From: Octopus vulgaris
Taxonomy: Eukaryota
Assembly: GCA_951406725.2 (NCBI GenBank)
Contig: OX597823.1
Coordinates: 106,888,001 to 106,952,000, forward strand
Reading direction: 5' to 3'
Length of the DNA stretch: 64,000 nucleotides
The position numbers and the translations under genes are program-made. The notes under the pieces were generated by a model that worked only from the letters and a program-made list of their open reading frames with translations, did not search any database and was not told where the DNA came from. The first letter of the stretch is position 1; every line of letters begins with the position of its first letter. Shown here in pieces: positions 1 through 14,865 of the stretch.

Positions 1-173
1 AGTGCAAAGCCTTCCTTAGACCCACATGAAAAAACTACCCAAAGGAATTTGTTTCTCCAAAAGAAATTCGCTTGCAGCATCCACACAAGAAGTTTTAAAA
101 TGTCAATTCAGTGGTCAAGTTGGCATATCTACGGCTGGACTTGGCAGACATTTTCGAAAGTACTTTTCATTAT

Positions 174-208
174 CCTCCTCCTCCTCCTCCTCGTCGTCGT
201 CGTCATCG

Positions 209-242
<34 letters not shown>
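174..242. repeat. Compound trinucleotide microsatellite (CCT)n(CGT)n(CAT)n
   Basis: Visible directly; source of the poly-S/D/I ORFs at 26-310. Confidence 0.95.
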
Positions 243-3200
243 GCACTGACTCTCCCAACTTTGCAAAACTAACGGACTCTACTATCCCCATGTATACCAA
301 TAATTGCTAATATTTCAGATATACTTATATATGTGAGAAATATATAAATACCTTTTTCTTTTTGGCATACATATGCTAAAATAGTGTGTATATAAGTCTG
401 TGCATGTATGTATGTGTGTACCATATAACACCATGTATGCAAATAAGTTTGTGAAAGTATATGCCTGAGAGACAGAGAGGGGGGAGAGAGAGAGAGAGAG
501 AGAGAAGTGAAATCATCTTAATTGTAAGATAATTCAAGTGGCTCTAGTTGACCGAAACATTAAAATGAATTACGTTATTTATTTTGTCTCCGTTCGACTC
601 TGAATTGAAATCTCACCGAGGTCAACCTATATTGAACCTTCAAATTTTAAAAGTTAATATAAGCATTAAGCATTCTGCTATTAAACTGATAGCAATTATG
701 TTCTCTTCTGCCTATGTACGAAACTCACTTCTTACATGATTCGTATGTAAGAAACATAACCGGACTTGATCCTGAAACCTTTTGCATTAAACAGAATGTC
801 GTGTTGTATATTATATTCAGAATAAAAGAATAATAGCCTGTCGTGTTATAGATTATATTCAGAATAACAGATTGCTGATGTCAAAATTTTGATGAGTAGA
901 TTTCTAAAGAGGAAAACTGACTGAATAGATATATATATATAAATAAACAAGTAGTTTTTCCTATGAAATTTGGATCAGAATCAAAGCAAAAACTTCGAAG
1001 TGTTGAATTTTCAAAGAACTTGCTGCTTGTCATCAAATATTAATGTTGCTTTTTTTCTGGCTTATGCACAAAACCAATCATTTATTTTACTCTTCAAAGA
1101 TACAATACATTCGAGTATAATGACTTTTATTTATTTAGTTAGTTTTTGCGTCACAGAATTTAAAATGAATTGCTTATGCCAGATCTACCTGAAGTATTGG
1201 AGCTTGGATGAAGCTTATTAATAGTAGAAATAACTTGAAGTGTTTTATTATACACGACCAGTTTATGCGACAGCGTTTAACTAACAACTGGAAATACTAT
1301 AAATCTGTGGATAACATTTCGTCAAGTAAAATAAAAAAAAAATTACAATAATGTTTAGATTGAATTAGGGTTAAATTAGAGACTGTGAAATATTGTTTAG
1401 AGATAAACTGATAAAACCAATAAATTATCCATTTATTTATTCCACGGAGATACGTAAAATATTAAACATCAAATGTCTGTATTTTTCTGTAGAATTATTT
1501 GTAATCAGTGGAAGTCATCAATAGATCGATTTTTGAGGACGATAACAGAATATTAATAAATGAATAAATAAAAAGGGTTTTGTGAAGTTCAAGGCTTTCC
1601 TCTGATACTTGACGATGCTAGAATTCCAAATCTGCCCATGGTCCTGGGTTTGTTGAAAGCTCACTCTCATTTTAGAGACTGAGTTTATGAATATCTAGAA
1701 ACCAATTCCGGTAATTGCCTACAAAGAGTAAACGAAAACAAATCACCGGCTGATTTTCTTGTTATTGTTAATGTTGTTTAACCCCGATCCACCGACCCAG
1801 CTGTATCCTACTCATTCTTCATTCCAGCATATCCTCTCTAGGATATTACCAATATGCAATATGGGCCTCTTTTTCTATGACGTTAGAATGCTATTTGAGG
1901 GGGATTCGTCTACAATTCTTAACAGGTCCACTCATCAGGTAGAGACTCATTCTTAGGCTGATACTGAAGCTACTCTTATTTATTTAATTATTTAATTATT
2001 TATGAATTATAACAGTTTGTGGTACCTGTTTACAGTTGGGTGGACTCGCTCATTAAGAACCGTATATTTTGATAATGAATCATGTTAACATTAACGAAAA
2101 GTTGCGAACCAATTTGGTTGGTGGTGTGCTGTATATAGAGCTAGTGAATTGAAGCTGTTAACTATAGAAAGACACATATAATCAAACATATACAAATAGA
2201 TATATTTGAAACAGAACTGTAAATAAACACACGCACACACACACACCATAAGCGGTAAAGATCTGAGATAATCCAAAATGGTAACCCAGTTGTATAAAGT
2301 ATAGGAAAGGCACTGACCTGACAGAACCATCAGCACGCCGGACAAAATACTTAGCGGCATTTCGTCTCATTTTTGACTTTCATCCTTTCAGGGTCGATAA
2401 AATGAGTACCAGTCAAGTACTGGTGTCGATGTAATTGATTTCCCCTCCCCTCAAAAACTGCTGGCACCGTACTATCATTTGAAATCTTCATAGTTATTCT
2501 TTACCTAATAATGACGCAAACCAAGATGTGAGGTTTCTTCAATGATTGAAGGAATTGGCTGAATACAAATCAACACCAGGGGAATTTTCTTGCAGGGAAT
2601 TTTGTCCCTTTTCCTTTTCTTCGTTCCCTTTCCATTTTTTCCTGGTCTTTTCTTCGCTTTTTCGTCTGACGATATAACCATAACTGTTTCCCTTCGCTTG
2701 ACCGTTAATCTAACAATATTGTGAAATTGTCTATTTTTTTTCTTTTTTGTTTGTATGTATTTTTTAATCTTCCCTATGTAACTGTTTATTTATTTATTTA
2801 TTGAAGTAGATATTTGTTTGAAAATCTAAGAGAATCATAATTTCTTCAGCTCTTAAGTAAGGTAGATATGTTTGGGAGCCTTTCTTTTCTTTACAGGTAG
2901 TATTTCACGGAGATAATATTAATTCCACAAAATCAGTCTTATCTGGGCTTTACCTATAGAAGAATGCCCTGGCAATTCCGTGATACATTATTCCGTATCA
3001 TTGCACCGGATGCTAGGATCAAAGTAGACTCCGCTAAATGTACCCATGGACCAGATAGCTAGTCGGGGATTCAGTCTACCACCATACGACACAAACTGCC
3101 TCTTTGCCAAAACTTCCAAACAGGTTTTGCAGACCTGATTTCATCACGAAAAGTTTGAACCACTACAGGTTAAAATTAAAATACTGTCCTAAGAGTGCTG

Positions 3201-4535
3201 CAGTGTGCGATCGAACTCGAAAGAACTTAGTTTTGAAGACCTAGTTTCGCGACGAAATTATAGGCCTTTAGTTTCGTCTTCAGCTGTCGACCTTGCAGCC
3301 AGGTTTTGCTTGCTTTTTATCGCAATATGTCATAGTTAATCATTATGGGAGTTCTCTTCTGAGGGGGTTCAATTCTTATGCTTTATTCAATTTTTTTCTT
3401 TTAGTTTTACTTCATTCTTTAATAATTTAACTTGTTCTTTTGTGCAAGATCTATTAGCAGTGTACGCACATTTAGCACTTGTGTGATTTGTGTGTAGAGT
3501 TTATATTTCTGTGCCCTTTTTTTCTTTTCATACGTACAAAGTTCAGTTTTTGCTGTGTTTCACAATTTCTTGTAGTAGAGGATCTGAGTTGGTATCAACG
3601 GTCCAACTGTACCGGCTTTACAATTCACCTCAAGTTACATAAAGCCGCTTCTACCACCTTTCTTTCTAAACTTTGTCAGCAGTTAGGTTCTCTTCCCTTG
3701 TGTGGTTTCCTCTCTTCTATATTCTAGGACTCCACATTCAAGTTGTCAGCTTGCTACTGGGATCGCTTTTTGTTATTTGCCTTCATCTTATTTTTCAAAT
3801 TGAGTTCACTTTTAAAGCTCAACATGGTCCACCAGAAATACTCCTTTTGGATTAGTTCCTTTCTTCGAGCGTGTTGAATCTGTCTCTCAACCACCACCCC
3901 CGCCCACCCCCAGTAATCCTCAAGTAAACGTACACCTCATCTGTTAGCAACTCGTTTAACGTCAACTGATTTCAATGCCGGTCTCTACTGACATCTTCAA
4001 CTTGGCCCCGTTTGAAAGTGACTCTCGGACGTAATCCATTTTGATTTGCATCCTTTCGAGGTCAGCAAATAAAGTACCACTTTAGAATGACGAAACGACA
4101 GAAGCAGTGGAGCCTCGACGGGATGCTGTGCAGTATTCCTTTCGAATTTTGAGAACCGAGTTGCTTTAATGCGTTGTATATAAAGTTAAGACTAAAATGT
4201 GTCTAAAGCTTTAATTCATGGAAAATGTTGATAGTTATCAGTCGTTGCTATTTCTCTCCACAACTTAGGCAGATATGATGATGGCCGTGAGTGAACGTAG
4301 AAAAAAGCAAAGTGTCAGAATTAAAAGAATGATTCCACCTAAAAGCGTTTCTCCTCCATTTACCTTTGATGAATACAGCCTCTTCCAGGAGTTGATGTCA
4401 TAAGATAGGGTCCCACTTTCACTGGGCGTTTCGACACTGAACCGAGATACCTTCCTGCTGACTATTCGTTTTTGATGGTTATATCCCTGCCTAATTTCTC
4501 CTCCTGGCTTCCAGCTCACTTTCTCTCTCTCTCTC

Positions 4536-4960
4536 TCTTTTACTCTTTTACTCTTTTACTTGTTTCAGTCATTTGACTGCGGCCATGCTGGAGCACTGCC
4601 TCTAATCGAGCAAATCGACCCCGGGACTTATTCTTTGTAAGCCCAGTACTTATTCTATCGGTCTCTTTTGCCGAACCGCTAAGTGACGGGGACGTAAACA
4701 CACCAGCATCGGTTGTCAAGCAATGCTAGGAGGACAAACACACACACACAAACAAACACATACATATATATATATATAGATATATATACATATATACGAA
4801 CGGCATCTTTCAGTTTCCGTCTACTAAATCCACTCACAAGGTTTTGGTCAGCCCGGGGCTATAGCAGAAGACACTTGCCCAAGATGCCACGCAGTGGGAC
4901 TGAACCCGGAACCATGTGGTTGGTTAGCAAGCTACTTACCACACAGCCACTCCTGCGCCT
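4536..4960 (-). mobile_element. SINE family A (tRNA-like head, internal microsatellite, AAAAGAGT tail), near full length
   Basis: Minus strand begins GGCGCAGGAGTGGCTGTGTGGTAAG (A-box-like) and GGTTCAGTCCC (B-box-like), ends GACTGAAACAAGTAAAAGAG repeats; near-identical copies at 35.1, 53.2 and 60.4 kb. Confidence 0.9.
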
Positions 4961-5393
4961 CTTGTTTTTTTAACCATCGTGTGAACAGCTGTCTTTCTAT
5001 CTTTTCGTTATTCTGCTAAAACAACAAGAATAGAAATAAAATCAATATAAAAAAATTGACTCCAAGAATTTGTCTCTAATTATAAGAAGAACGGCACAAA
5101 TAATCTTCTAAAAACATATTTCAGTTAATAAGAATTGTCCAGAATTAATTTCTATAACTTCCCCTCCAAACCGTGTTCATTTATAAGCAACATTCAAGTC
5201 ACAAACGGAGTTTTTGGAAACCAAAATATTTTTAATTGCCATTCACTGAACATGGTAAATATTTCCGTATCAATAACCACCACAAACTTAACACCTTCTT
5301 CAGTTTTTGTTCTTTTGCCATTATTTACTGTTATTTTTGCTAGTGTTTCTATTGCTTTTGTGGTTTAATTTTGAAATATTTTTAAAACCACCT

Positions 5394-5575
<182 letters not shown>

Positions 5576-6089
5576 GAGTGAGAGAGCAGTGCATGCCATC
5601 AAAGTGACACTGGGGTACAAATATACGAAGTCCAGAATACCCATCATGACTACCCGTCTGATAAGGGTACACTAGGCACATGCATCACAACCATCTGTGC
5701 ACGACATGGTGATCTCATATAAAGATAAACAGCGCATGACCATGCAGGTGGGCCCCAGTTAGAATTTTCTTCAGGTCGAGTAGCCCCTCCCGCTCAAAAG
5801 GTCCCTGAATAAGGATTGTTCAAGGATGTTGAACGAACCACCCCTGTTTCCAAAGGTGAATTATCCAAACCTCCAAGAATTCCTTTCAACACATGGCTAT
5901 GATGCTCCCCCACTACTTCTGCTCGGGATCAGAGATGCACATATCGCCAGCCACCAAGGGACAAGCTCAACTGGTTAAGGTCAAACAACTGACAAGCAAA
6001 TCTGTGGTATTGAGCAGAATATTTGCTGTAGCCCATATTTTATACCAAGACAAAACATTGTACATGGTAACACTTCCAATCAGTCAAGA

Positions 6090-6091
<2 letters not shown>
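5576..6091 (-). mobile_element. Non-coding ~515-bp interspersed element flanked on both sides by (TAA)n; probable non-autonomous retroelement
   Basis: Repeated at 7930-8443; diverged fragment at ~26740-26900; both ends abut TAA arrays; no recognisable ORF. Strand is inferred. Confidence 0.6.
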
Positions 6092-6160
<69 letters not shown>

Positions 6161-6161
<1 letters not shown>

Positions 6162-7560
6162 CTTCGTAACACAGTGTAACACAGAGTCTTTAGTCATCTG
6201 TCAAGTCACAACGAGGACCTGACAAATAATACTTTCCTTAAGATGTCCGCTGTGCCCAATAAGACTGCTTTATGCAAGACATCAATCTTGCATGGGATTT
6301 CCAGTTGCCTTAAGAAGTCTTGAAGTTTCATGGGATTGAGCCCAACGCTCCGATCACCACTGGTATCACTTTTACATTACCCTCTCGCATTCCATACAGT
6401 CTTGCCATTTCCACTTTCAGTTTGGAGTACCTGGTGATTTTTTCAACCTCTTTACTCACAACATTCATGTCATTTGGTATGGCTACATCAATGATCTGAT
6501 AGTATTTGTTTCCCTTACTCAATATGACAATATCCGACCGACGGTGTTCGATTACACGATCCGTTTAAAAATCATAGTCCCAAAGTATTGTTACTTTTCC
6601 ATCCTCCTGCATAATTTTACTTGGTACATGCTCATACCAGTTCTCTGTTACTTCATATTGGTATTTAGGGCATAAGAGCCAATGGAGATACGCACACATT
6701 TTATTGTGGCAGCGCTTGTATTCTTTTTGTGCAAGACTCTCACATCCACTTACCAAGTGGGTAACATTTTCCATACTCTTTCTATAGAGTCTGCATTTCT
6801 GGGTGTCAGAAGTTTTATAGATGCTATACGTTACTGAATTGGTAACAAGAGCCTGGTCTTTTACAGCAATGATCAGGCTTTCGGTGGTACGCTTCAAATC
6901 ACCATTTCAAGGTCTTCATTTCTCTTCTCCTCTGCTCTTTAGTTAAACTCTTCCTTGCCCATCATTTCATCAGTATTTACACCCATGTCTTTCGCTGCAT
7001 ATTGCAATAGGTCTTCATCACTATTTATCAAATACTAGGCAAGCGTTCTCCTTTCACTCCCTATACAGTGGTCTATACTAGTTAGTCCACTGCCACCATC
7101 CTTTGTAGCCCATCCGCTGGGTCTTTCACATTCTCACTATCCGAGATATTTCTACTCTACTTAAATAACCCTTCTTCCTAACCACTCTCACTTGGTTCAT
7201 TTTCTGACATTGGACGCACAGGTCCTTTTCCATCCAAAATTCCAAGGTACGACGGCCTACTCCTCGACTTCTTTCAAGCTTTGTTCTTTCATCACATTCA
7301 ATAAATGCATCGTACTCTTCCTTCGGCCACTTCTGCCTGTGTTTGCGCACTCTTTGTATGTGATCTGTTGTGACGTAACGACCGTCCGAGGTCAGATCCC
7401 TTGGTGCCGCCGGTTTCGGACGTGCCGGTCGGGAAACCTTCAACATGACCGGCTATAGCTTCATTTTCGCTGTTAATTCTTTCATTGTTGTGTTGCATCA
7501 TGATTTCATGAGTCGCTCGTGGGGTTCCCACGAGAGTTGTTACTGAGACGCCATCTCTCT
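6161..7560 (-). mobile_element. R4/Dong-clade non-LTR retrotransposon, internally deleted and decayed (N-terminus fused to post-RT, zinc knuckle and RLE region)
   Basis: Translations: RQKWPKEEY...NQVRVVRKKGYLS (N-terminus); KDGGSGLTSI; TESLIIAVKDQAL; CRLYRKSMENVTHLVSGC (knuckle); ILWDY..HRRSDIV..IIDVAIP..EK..Y; VIPVVIGALG (RLE). 3' end abuts (TAA)n. Confidence 0.88.
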
Positions 7561-7661
7561 CTTCCTCTCTTTATTTATATATTCACGTGCACATCTATGT
7601 CCATACACACACACACACATTCTCTTGAATGAAACAGTACTAGTCCTGTAGAAGCTCCTTC

Positions 7662-7729
<68 letters not shown>

Positions 7730-7828
7730 ATAACGTGCTTGCATTATGTCGCCTCATTACCACCATCGTTCTACCTATAGCACTTAAAAATATCAATCAT
7801 GATATGGGTCCCGGTATAATCATCATCA

Positions 7829-7929
<101 letters not shown>

Positions 7930-8442
7930 GAGTGAGAGAGCAGTGCATGCCATCAAAGTGAAACTGGGGTAAAATATACGAAGCCCAATATACCCATCAT
8001 GACTACCCGTCTGATAAGGGTACACCAGGCACATGCATCACAACCATATGTGCGCGACATGGTGATCTCATATCAATTTAAACAGCACATGACCTTGCAG
8101 GTGGGGCCCAGTTAGAATTTTCTTCAGGTTGAGTAGCCCATCCCGCTCAAAAGGTCCCTGAATAAGGATTGTTCAAGGATGTTGAACGAACCACCCCTGT
8201 TTCCAAAGGTGAATTATCCAAACCTCCAAGAATTCCTTTCAACACACGGCTATGATGCTCCCCCACTACTTCTGCTAGTGATCAGAGATGCACATATCGC
8301 CAGCCACCAAGGGACAAGCTCAACTGGTTAAGGTCAAACAACTGACAAGCAAATCTGTGGTATTGAGCAGAATATTTGCTGTAGCCCATATTTTATACCA
8401 AGACAAAACAATGTACATGATAACACTTCCAATCAGTCAAGA

Positions 8443-8531
<89 letters not shown>

Positions 8532-8540
8532 GTTATTATT

Positions 8541-9941
8541 CCTTCGTAACACAGTGTAACACGGAGTCTTTAGTCATCTGTCAAGTCACAACGAGGACCT
8601 GACAAATAATACTTTCCTTAAGATGTCCGCTGTGCCCAATAAGACTGCTTTATGCAAGACATCAATCTTGCATAGGATTTCCAGTTGCCTTAAGAAGTCT
8701 TGAAGTTTCATGGGATTGAGCCCAACGCTCCGATCACCACTGGGATCACATTTACATTACCCTCTCGCATTCCATACAGTCTTGCCATTTCCACTTTCAG
8801 ATTGGAGTACCTGGTGATTTTTTTCAACTTCTTTACTCACAACATTCATGTCATTTGGTATGGCTACATCAATGATGTGATAGCATTTGTTTCCCTTACT
8901 CAATATGACAATATCCGACCGACGGTGTTCGATTACACGATCCGTCTAAAAATCATAGTCCCAAAGTATTGTTACTTTTCCATCCTCCTGCATAATTTTA
9001 CTTAATACATGCTCATACCAGTTCTCTGTTACTTCATATTGGTATTTAGGGCATAAGAGCCAATGGAGATACGCACACATTTTATTGTGGCAGCGCTTGT
9101 ATTCTTTTTGTGCAAGACTCTCACATCCACTTACCAAGTGGGTAACATTTTCCATACTCTTTCTATAGAGTCTGCATTTCTGGGTGTCAGAAGTTTTATA
9201 GATGCTATACGTTACTGAATTGGTAACAAGAGCCTGGTCTTTTACAGCAATGATCAGGCTTTCGGTGGTACGCTTCAAATCACCATTTCAAGGTCTTCAT
9301 TTCTCTTCTCCTCTGCTCTTTAGTTAAACTCTTCCTTGCCCATCATTTCATCAGTATTTACACCCATGTCTTTCGCTGCATATTGCAATAGGTCTTCATC
9401 ACTATTTATCAAATACTAGGCAAGCGTTCTCCTTTCACTCCCTATACAGTGGTCTATACTAGTTAGTCCACTGCCACCATCCTTTGTAGCCCATCCGCTG
9501 GGTCTTTCACATTCTCACTATCCGAGATATTTCTACTCTACTTAAATAACCCTTCTTCCTAACCACTCTCACTTGGTTCATTTTCTGACATTGGACGCAC
9601 AGGTCCTTTTCCATCCAAAATTCCAAGGTACGACGGCCTACTCCGCGACATCTTTCAAGCTTTGTTCTTTCATCACATTCAATAAATGCATCGTACTCTT
9701 CCTTCGTCCACTTCTGCCTGTGTTTGCGCACTCTTTGTATGTGATCTGTTGTGACGTAACGACCGTCCGAGGTCAGATCCCTTGGTGCCGCCGGTTTCGG
9801 ACGTGCCGGGCGGGAAACCTTCACCGTGACCGGCTTTAGCTTCATTTTCGCTGTTAATTCTTTCATTGTTGTGTTGCATCATGATTTCATGAGTCGCTCG
9901 TGGGGTTCCCACGGGAGTTGTTACTGAGACGCCATCTCTCT
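8541..9941 (-). mobile_element. Second copy of the internally deleted R4/Dong element
   Basis: Near-identical to 6161-7560. Confidence 0.88.
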
Positions 9942-9985
9942 CTTCCTCTCTTTATTTATATATTCACGTGCACATCTATGTCCAT

Positions 9986-10061
<76 letters not shown>

Positions 10062-10146
10062 ATAACGTGCTTGCATTATGTCGCCTCATTACCACCATCG
10101 TTCTACCTATAGCACTTAAAAATATCAATCATGATATGGGTCCCGG

Positions 10147-10690
<544 letters not shown>

Positions 10691-12245
10691 CGTTTTTCTG
10701 AGTTATCTTTGTCACGTCTCAGCTCCTTCTCAGCCCTTTGAGACGCCACACTTTCCTCACCACATGTACTGTCAATTGTGTACTGCCTCTGAATTTGGTA
10801 TTCGAAGCTTTTTCATGCCAGAATATTGCTACCTTTGAGATGGTCCGAAGTGCACTGATCACGATAGATATCAAACTCACATTTGAAGCTCTTTGAGGGT
10901 AATTTACTGTAAATGATACGCCTTTGTTCTTCTAGACTTTCTCGTTCTCTGGCTTCACAATATTCTAGCCTGCAGGTGCAGCTACATCGATGAAGGTCCA
11001 CTGATGTTTCTTTCGTAAGAGAGTGATACCTGGTCTGTTATATTGCAGCTTCTTACCTGAGTAGATTGGCATAAATCACGTGAGTTTCATCTGATCATTC
11101 TCTGTCACTGGCAAACACTGGTGCTCATGCCACTCGTTGGGACATTCTAGCCCTTGCTTCCTGCACATCTCACGGAGTCACTTTGTCATGGCAGTTTTTG
11201 TAATCCTTTTGAACTAGTTTCGAGCATCCACTAATTACATGCATATATATATCTCAGATGATTTTTTACACAAGCTACTCAAAGGTGATACTGCTGTCAT
11301 GATGCTGCACTTGATTGAGCTGGTTCGTAAAGCTTGTTCTAGAGCTGCAAGGATCAGCCCTTCTGTCCCTTTCTTTAAAAATCCATGTTTAAACATCTCC
11401 AGATTTCTTCATCAGTTTCATCTGATGGTTGATGGAAAATCTCTGTCTATGACTTTCTCTTTCCAGTTGATTAGTATTTTTTTCTATTAGTCCTCATTTT
11501 ATACTCTTGGGCAATCTCACCATTGTCACCGATCACCTTTTCACTCAGTGCCACTGGCAACATTCTTTCATCCCTATTTCTCAGATAGATATGCAAGGAC
11601 TTGATCCCCTTCATAACACCATCCACTTTTCCAAAACCAGTCCTCTTCCTAGGCAAGTAAAGCCTTGTCACATTATTTTCATTACGATGTCACCCATGCA
11701 TAGCCATTATCTTCCTATTTTTTTTCTGTTCATGCTAACCAGTTCCTCTTTTGTCCATACCACAACTTCCGTGCAGTAGCGTTGATGCTTCTAATCTCTG
11801 CCTTCACAATATTCTAGTCTGCAGGTGCAGAAAGTCCATTCTTTGGACTCCTTTCGTAAGAGAGTGATTCCTGCTCTGTTATGTTGCAGCTTCTTATTTG
11901 AGTAGATTGGCATAATTCACGTGAGTTACACCTGATCATTCTCTGCCACTGGCAAACACAGGTGCTCATACCATTTGTTGGAACATTCTAGCCCATACTT
12001 CCTGCACATCTCCCAAAATATTCGCACTGTCACTTTACCCATTCACGATGGCCGTACAATATCTTACCTCAAGCGTTGTTACCTCTAACCAGGTTTTTCT
12101 CCATTCAGCTTAGATCTTCACAGCTTCTTCACTCTTCTAGTATATTCAGAAGAAATCTTTTTCTTCATCTTGGTGTTCATCATTTGGCCTAATAGTAAAA
12201 CACCAAGATACTTTTAACCCTCTCCGTTCACTTTGATGTTTCTTT
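10691..12245 (-). mobile_element. Decayed R4/Dong-clade element of a different family (RT C-terminus plus RLE), with an internally duplicated RLE segment
   Basis: Minus-strand motifs KYLGVL, TRLYLPRK, LKKGTEGLILAALEQALRT, WHEHQ..PVTEND, NRPGITLL, FIDVAAPAD; segment ~10945-11170 recurs at ~11795-12012; 3' end abuts (TAA)n. Confidence 0.8.
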
Positions 12246-12899
12246 CGTAGTTATAATTATTATTGACTTTTCAGTGACAAAAGCGCATGTGCATATAGAG
12301 AGAGGTCTTGTACAAAAATGGAAGTATATTTAAACTTTAACATTTAAATTTTTAGTTACAGGTTTGCAGTTTTCGTATAGAAATCTTGCAGTGTTTACAT
12401 TTTTATACACATGTTGCTTTGGTGGTACATCTGGGGGAAGCTATTTTCTGTATATATATTTATACTCCATATAAGAAAAATCTTTCTGCTTCCTGAGATA
12501 GCTTGCATTAAGTCGTAGTTTTCTTTCCTTGTTTTAGCTGATTTTTAACTCCTTTTCCGTGATAGTTTCAGATTTGATCTATCTTCCGGCAGCTTGCTGT
12601 CATACGTCCATGCTATTTCGTATATTACTAGGTAAACAGGGTATTGTCATTGAAATTCGGTTATGTTGATACATTTTTACTCATAAATTTTGCTTATATT
12701 TCGAAAAAGCAAAATATTGTACACTGGTTGGTGTCTTCCTTTATCAGTTGGTTTATTTCTTGGATTGATTTTCGTAGATGGCTGGTTAGTTGTTTAGTTG
12801 GTTCGTTGGTCCGTTGGCTGTTTGTTAGTTGGAAGATTGACTGGCTAATTGGTTGATTACTTGTTATTTGTTAGTTTCTTTGACTGGCTTCATAATTCG

Positions 12900-14500
12900 T
12901 TTCTTAGTTGGTTGGTTCTTTGGTTGATTGGGTGTTTGTTTGTTTGTTTGTTGGTTGGCTGGTTGGCTGGCTGGTTGGTTGGTTGGTCGGTTGGTTGGTT
13001 AGTTGGTTGCTTGGTTGCTTGGTTGCTTGGTTGCTTGGTTGGTTGGCTGGTTGGCTGGTTGGTTGGTTGGTTGGTTGGTTGGTTGGTCGGTCGGTTGGTT
13101 GGTTGGTTGGTTGGTCGGTCGGTCGGTTGGTTGGCTGGTTGGTTGGTTGGTTGGCTGGTTGGATTGTTGGTTGGTTGGCTGGTTGGTCGGTTGGTTGGTT
13201 GATTGGTTGGTTGACTGGTTGGCCGGTTGATCGGTTGGTTGGTTGGCTGGATGGATTGTTGGTCGGTTGATCGGTTGGTTGGTTGGCTGGTTGGTTGGCT
13301 GATTGGTTTGGTTGGTTGGTTGGTTGGTTGGTTGGTTGGTTGGTCAGTAGGTTGGCTGGTTGTTTGGTTGGTCAGTTGGTCGGTCGGTTGGTTGACTGGT
13401 TGATCGGCTGGTTGGTTGGCTGGTTGGTTGGTTGGTTGGTTGGTTGGTTGGTTGGTCAGTAGGTTGGTTGGTTGGTTGGTTGGTTGGTTGGTTGGTTGGT
13501 TGGCTGGCTGGTTGGTTGGATTGGTCGGTCGGTCGGTTGGTCGGTTGGTTGGTTGGTTGGTTGGTTGGTTGGTTGGTTGGTTGGTTGGTTGGCTGGTTGG
13601 TTGGTTGGCTGGTTGGCTGGTTGGTTGGTTGGCTGGTTGGTTGGTTGACTGGCTGGTTGGTTGGTTGGTTGGCTGGTTGGTCGGTCGGTCGGTTGGTCGG
13701 TTGGTTGGTCGGTTGGTTGGCTGGTTGGTTGGTTGGTTGGCTGGCTGGTTGGTCGGTCGGTCGGTCGGTTGGTCAATTGGTTGGTTGGTTGGTTGGTTGG
13801 CTGGTTGGTTGGTTGGTTGGCTGGTTGGTTGGTTGGCTGGTTGGTCGGTCGGTCGGTTGGTCGGTCAGTCGGTTGGTCGGTTGGTTGGTTGGTTGGTTGG
13901 TCGGTTGGTTGACTGACTGGTTGATCGGTTGGTCGGTTGGCTGGTTGGTTGACTGGTTGGTTGGTTGGTTGGTTGGCTGGTTGGTCGGTCGGTCGGTTGG
14001 TCGGTCAGTCGGTTGGTCGGTTGGTTGGTTGGTTGGTTGGTTGGTGGGTTAATTGACTGACTGGTTGATCGGTTGGTTGGTTGGTCGGTTGGTTGGTTGG
14101 TTGGTTGGTTGGTTGGTTGGTCGGTTGGTTGGTTGGTTGGTTGGTCGGTCGGTCGGTCGGTTGGTTGACTGACTGGTTGATCGGTTGGTTGGTTGGTCGG
14201 TTGGTTGGTTAGTTGGCTGGTTGGTCGGTTGGTTAGTTGGCTGGTTGGTCGGTTGGTTGGTTGGTTGTTTGGTTGGCTGGTTGGTCGGTTGGTTAGTTGG
14301 TTGGTTGGTCGGTCGGTCGGTCGGTTGGTTGACTGACTGGTTGATCGGTTGGTTGGTTGGTCGGTTGGTTGGTTAGTTGGCTGGTTGGTCGGTTGGTTAG
14401 TTGGTTGGTTGGTTGGTTGGTTGGTTAGTTGGTTGGTTGGTTGGTTGATTGGTCGTTCGGTCGGTCGTTCGGTCGGTCGGTCGTTTAGTTGGTTGGAAGG
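12900..14500. repeat. (TTGG)n tetranucleotide satellite with GGTC/GGCT/GACT variants
   Basis: Visible directly; source of the W-L-V-G ORFs. Confidence 0.97.
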
Positions 14501-14818
14501 TAGTTAGGTCAGTGGTGATATAGGAAATTTTAGGTTAGCTACTTCAACAATATTACAGACAAAGGCTTTTTAAAAACCATTAAAGACAATAACAATCCTA
14601 ACAACAACAACAACAACCACAAAGCAGGCGAATAAATACCACATTATAACCTCACTCCTTTTCTGTTTTGTAGACTGATTGAAAATGAGCCAAACATTTG
14701 TTTTGAGTCCATTAACGACCGGTGTTACCCGAGACATGTCATCCATTATTTATTATCTCTGCTGCAATCTTTACGCTCTTTATAACAATTGGTAATACAA
14801 TATCTACATAACTCATTG

Positions 14819-14865
<47 letters not shown>

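Noticed and set aside
1895-1950. Minus-strand CTGATGA...GAAT
   Set aside because: No GAAA or stem III; lies in a decayed family C repeat
3262-3290. Minus-strand CTGAAGACGAAAC
   Set aside because: No room for stem II
12900-14500. Telomeric array
   Set aside because: Unit is TTGG, not TTAGGG or TTAGG
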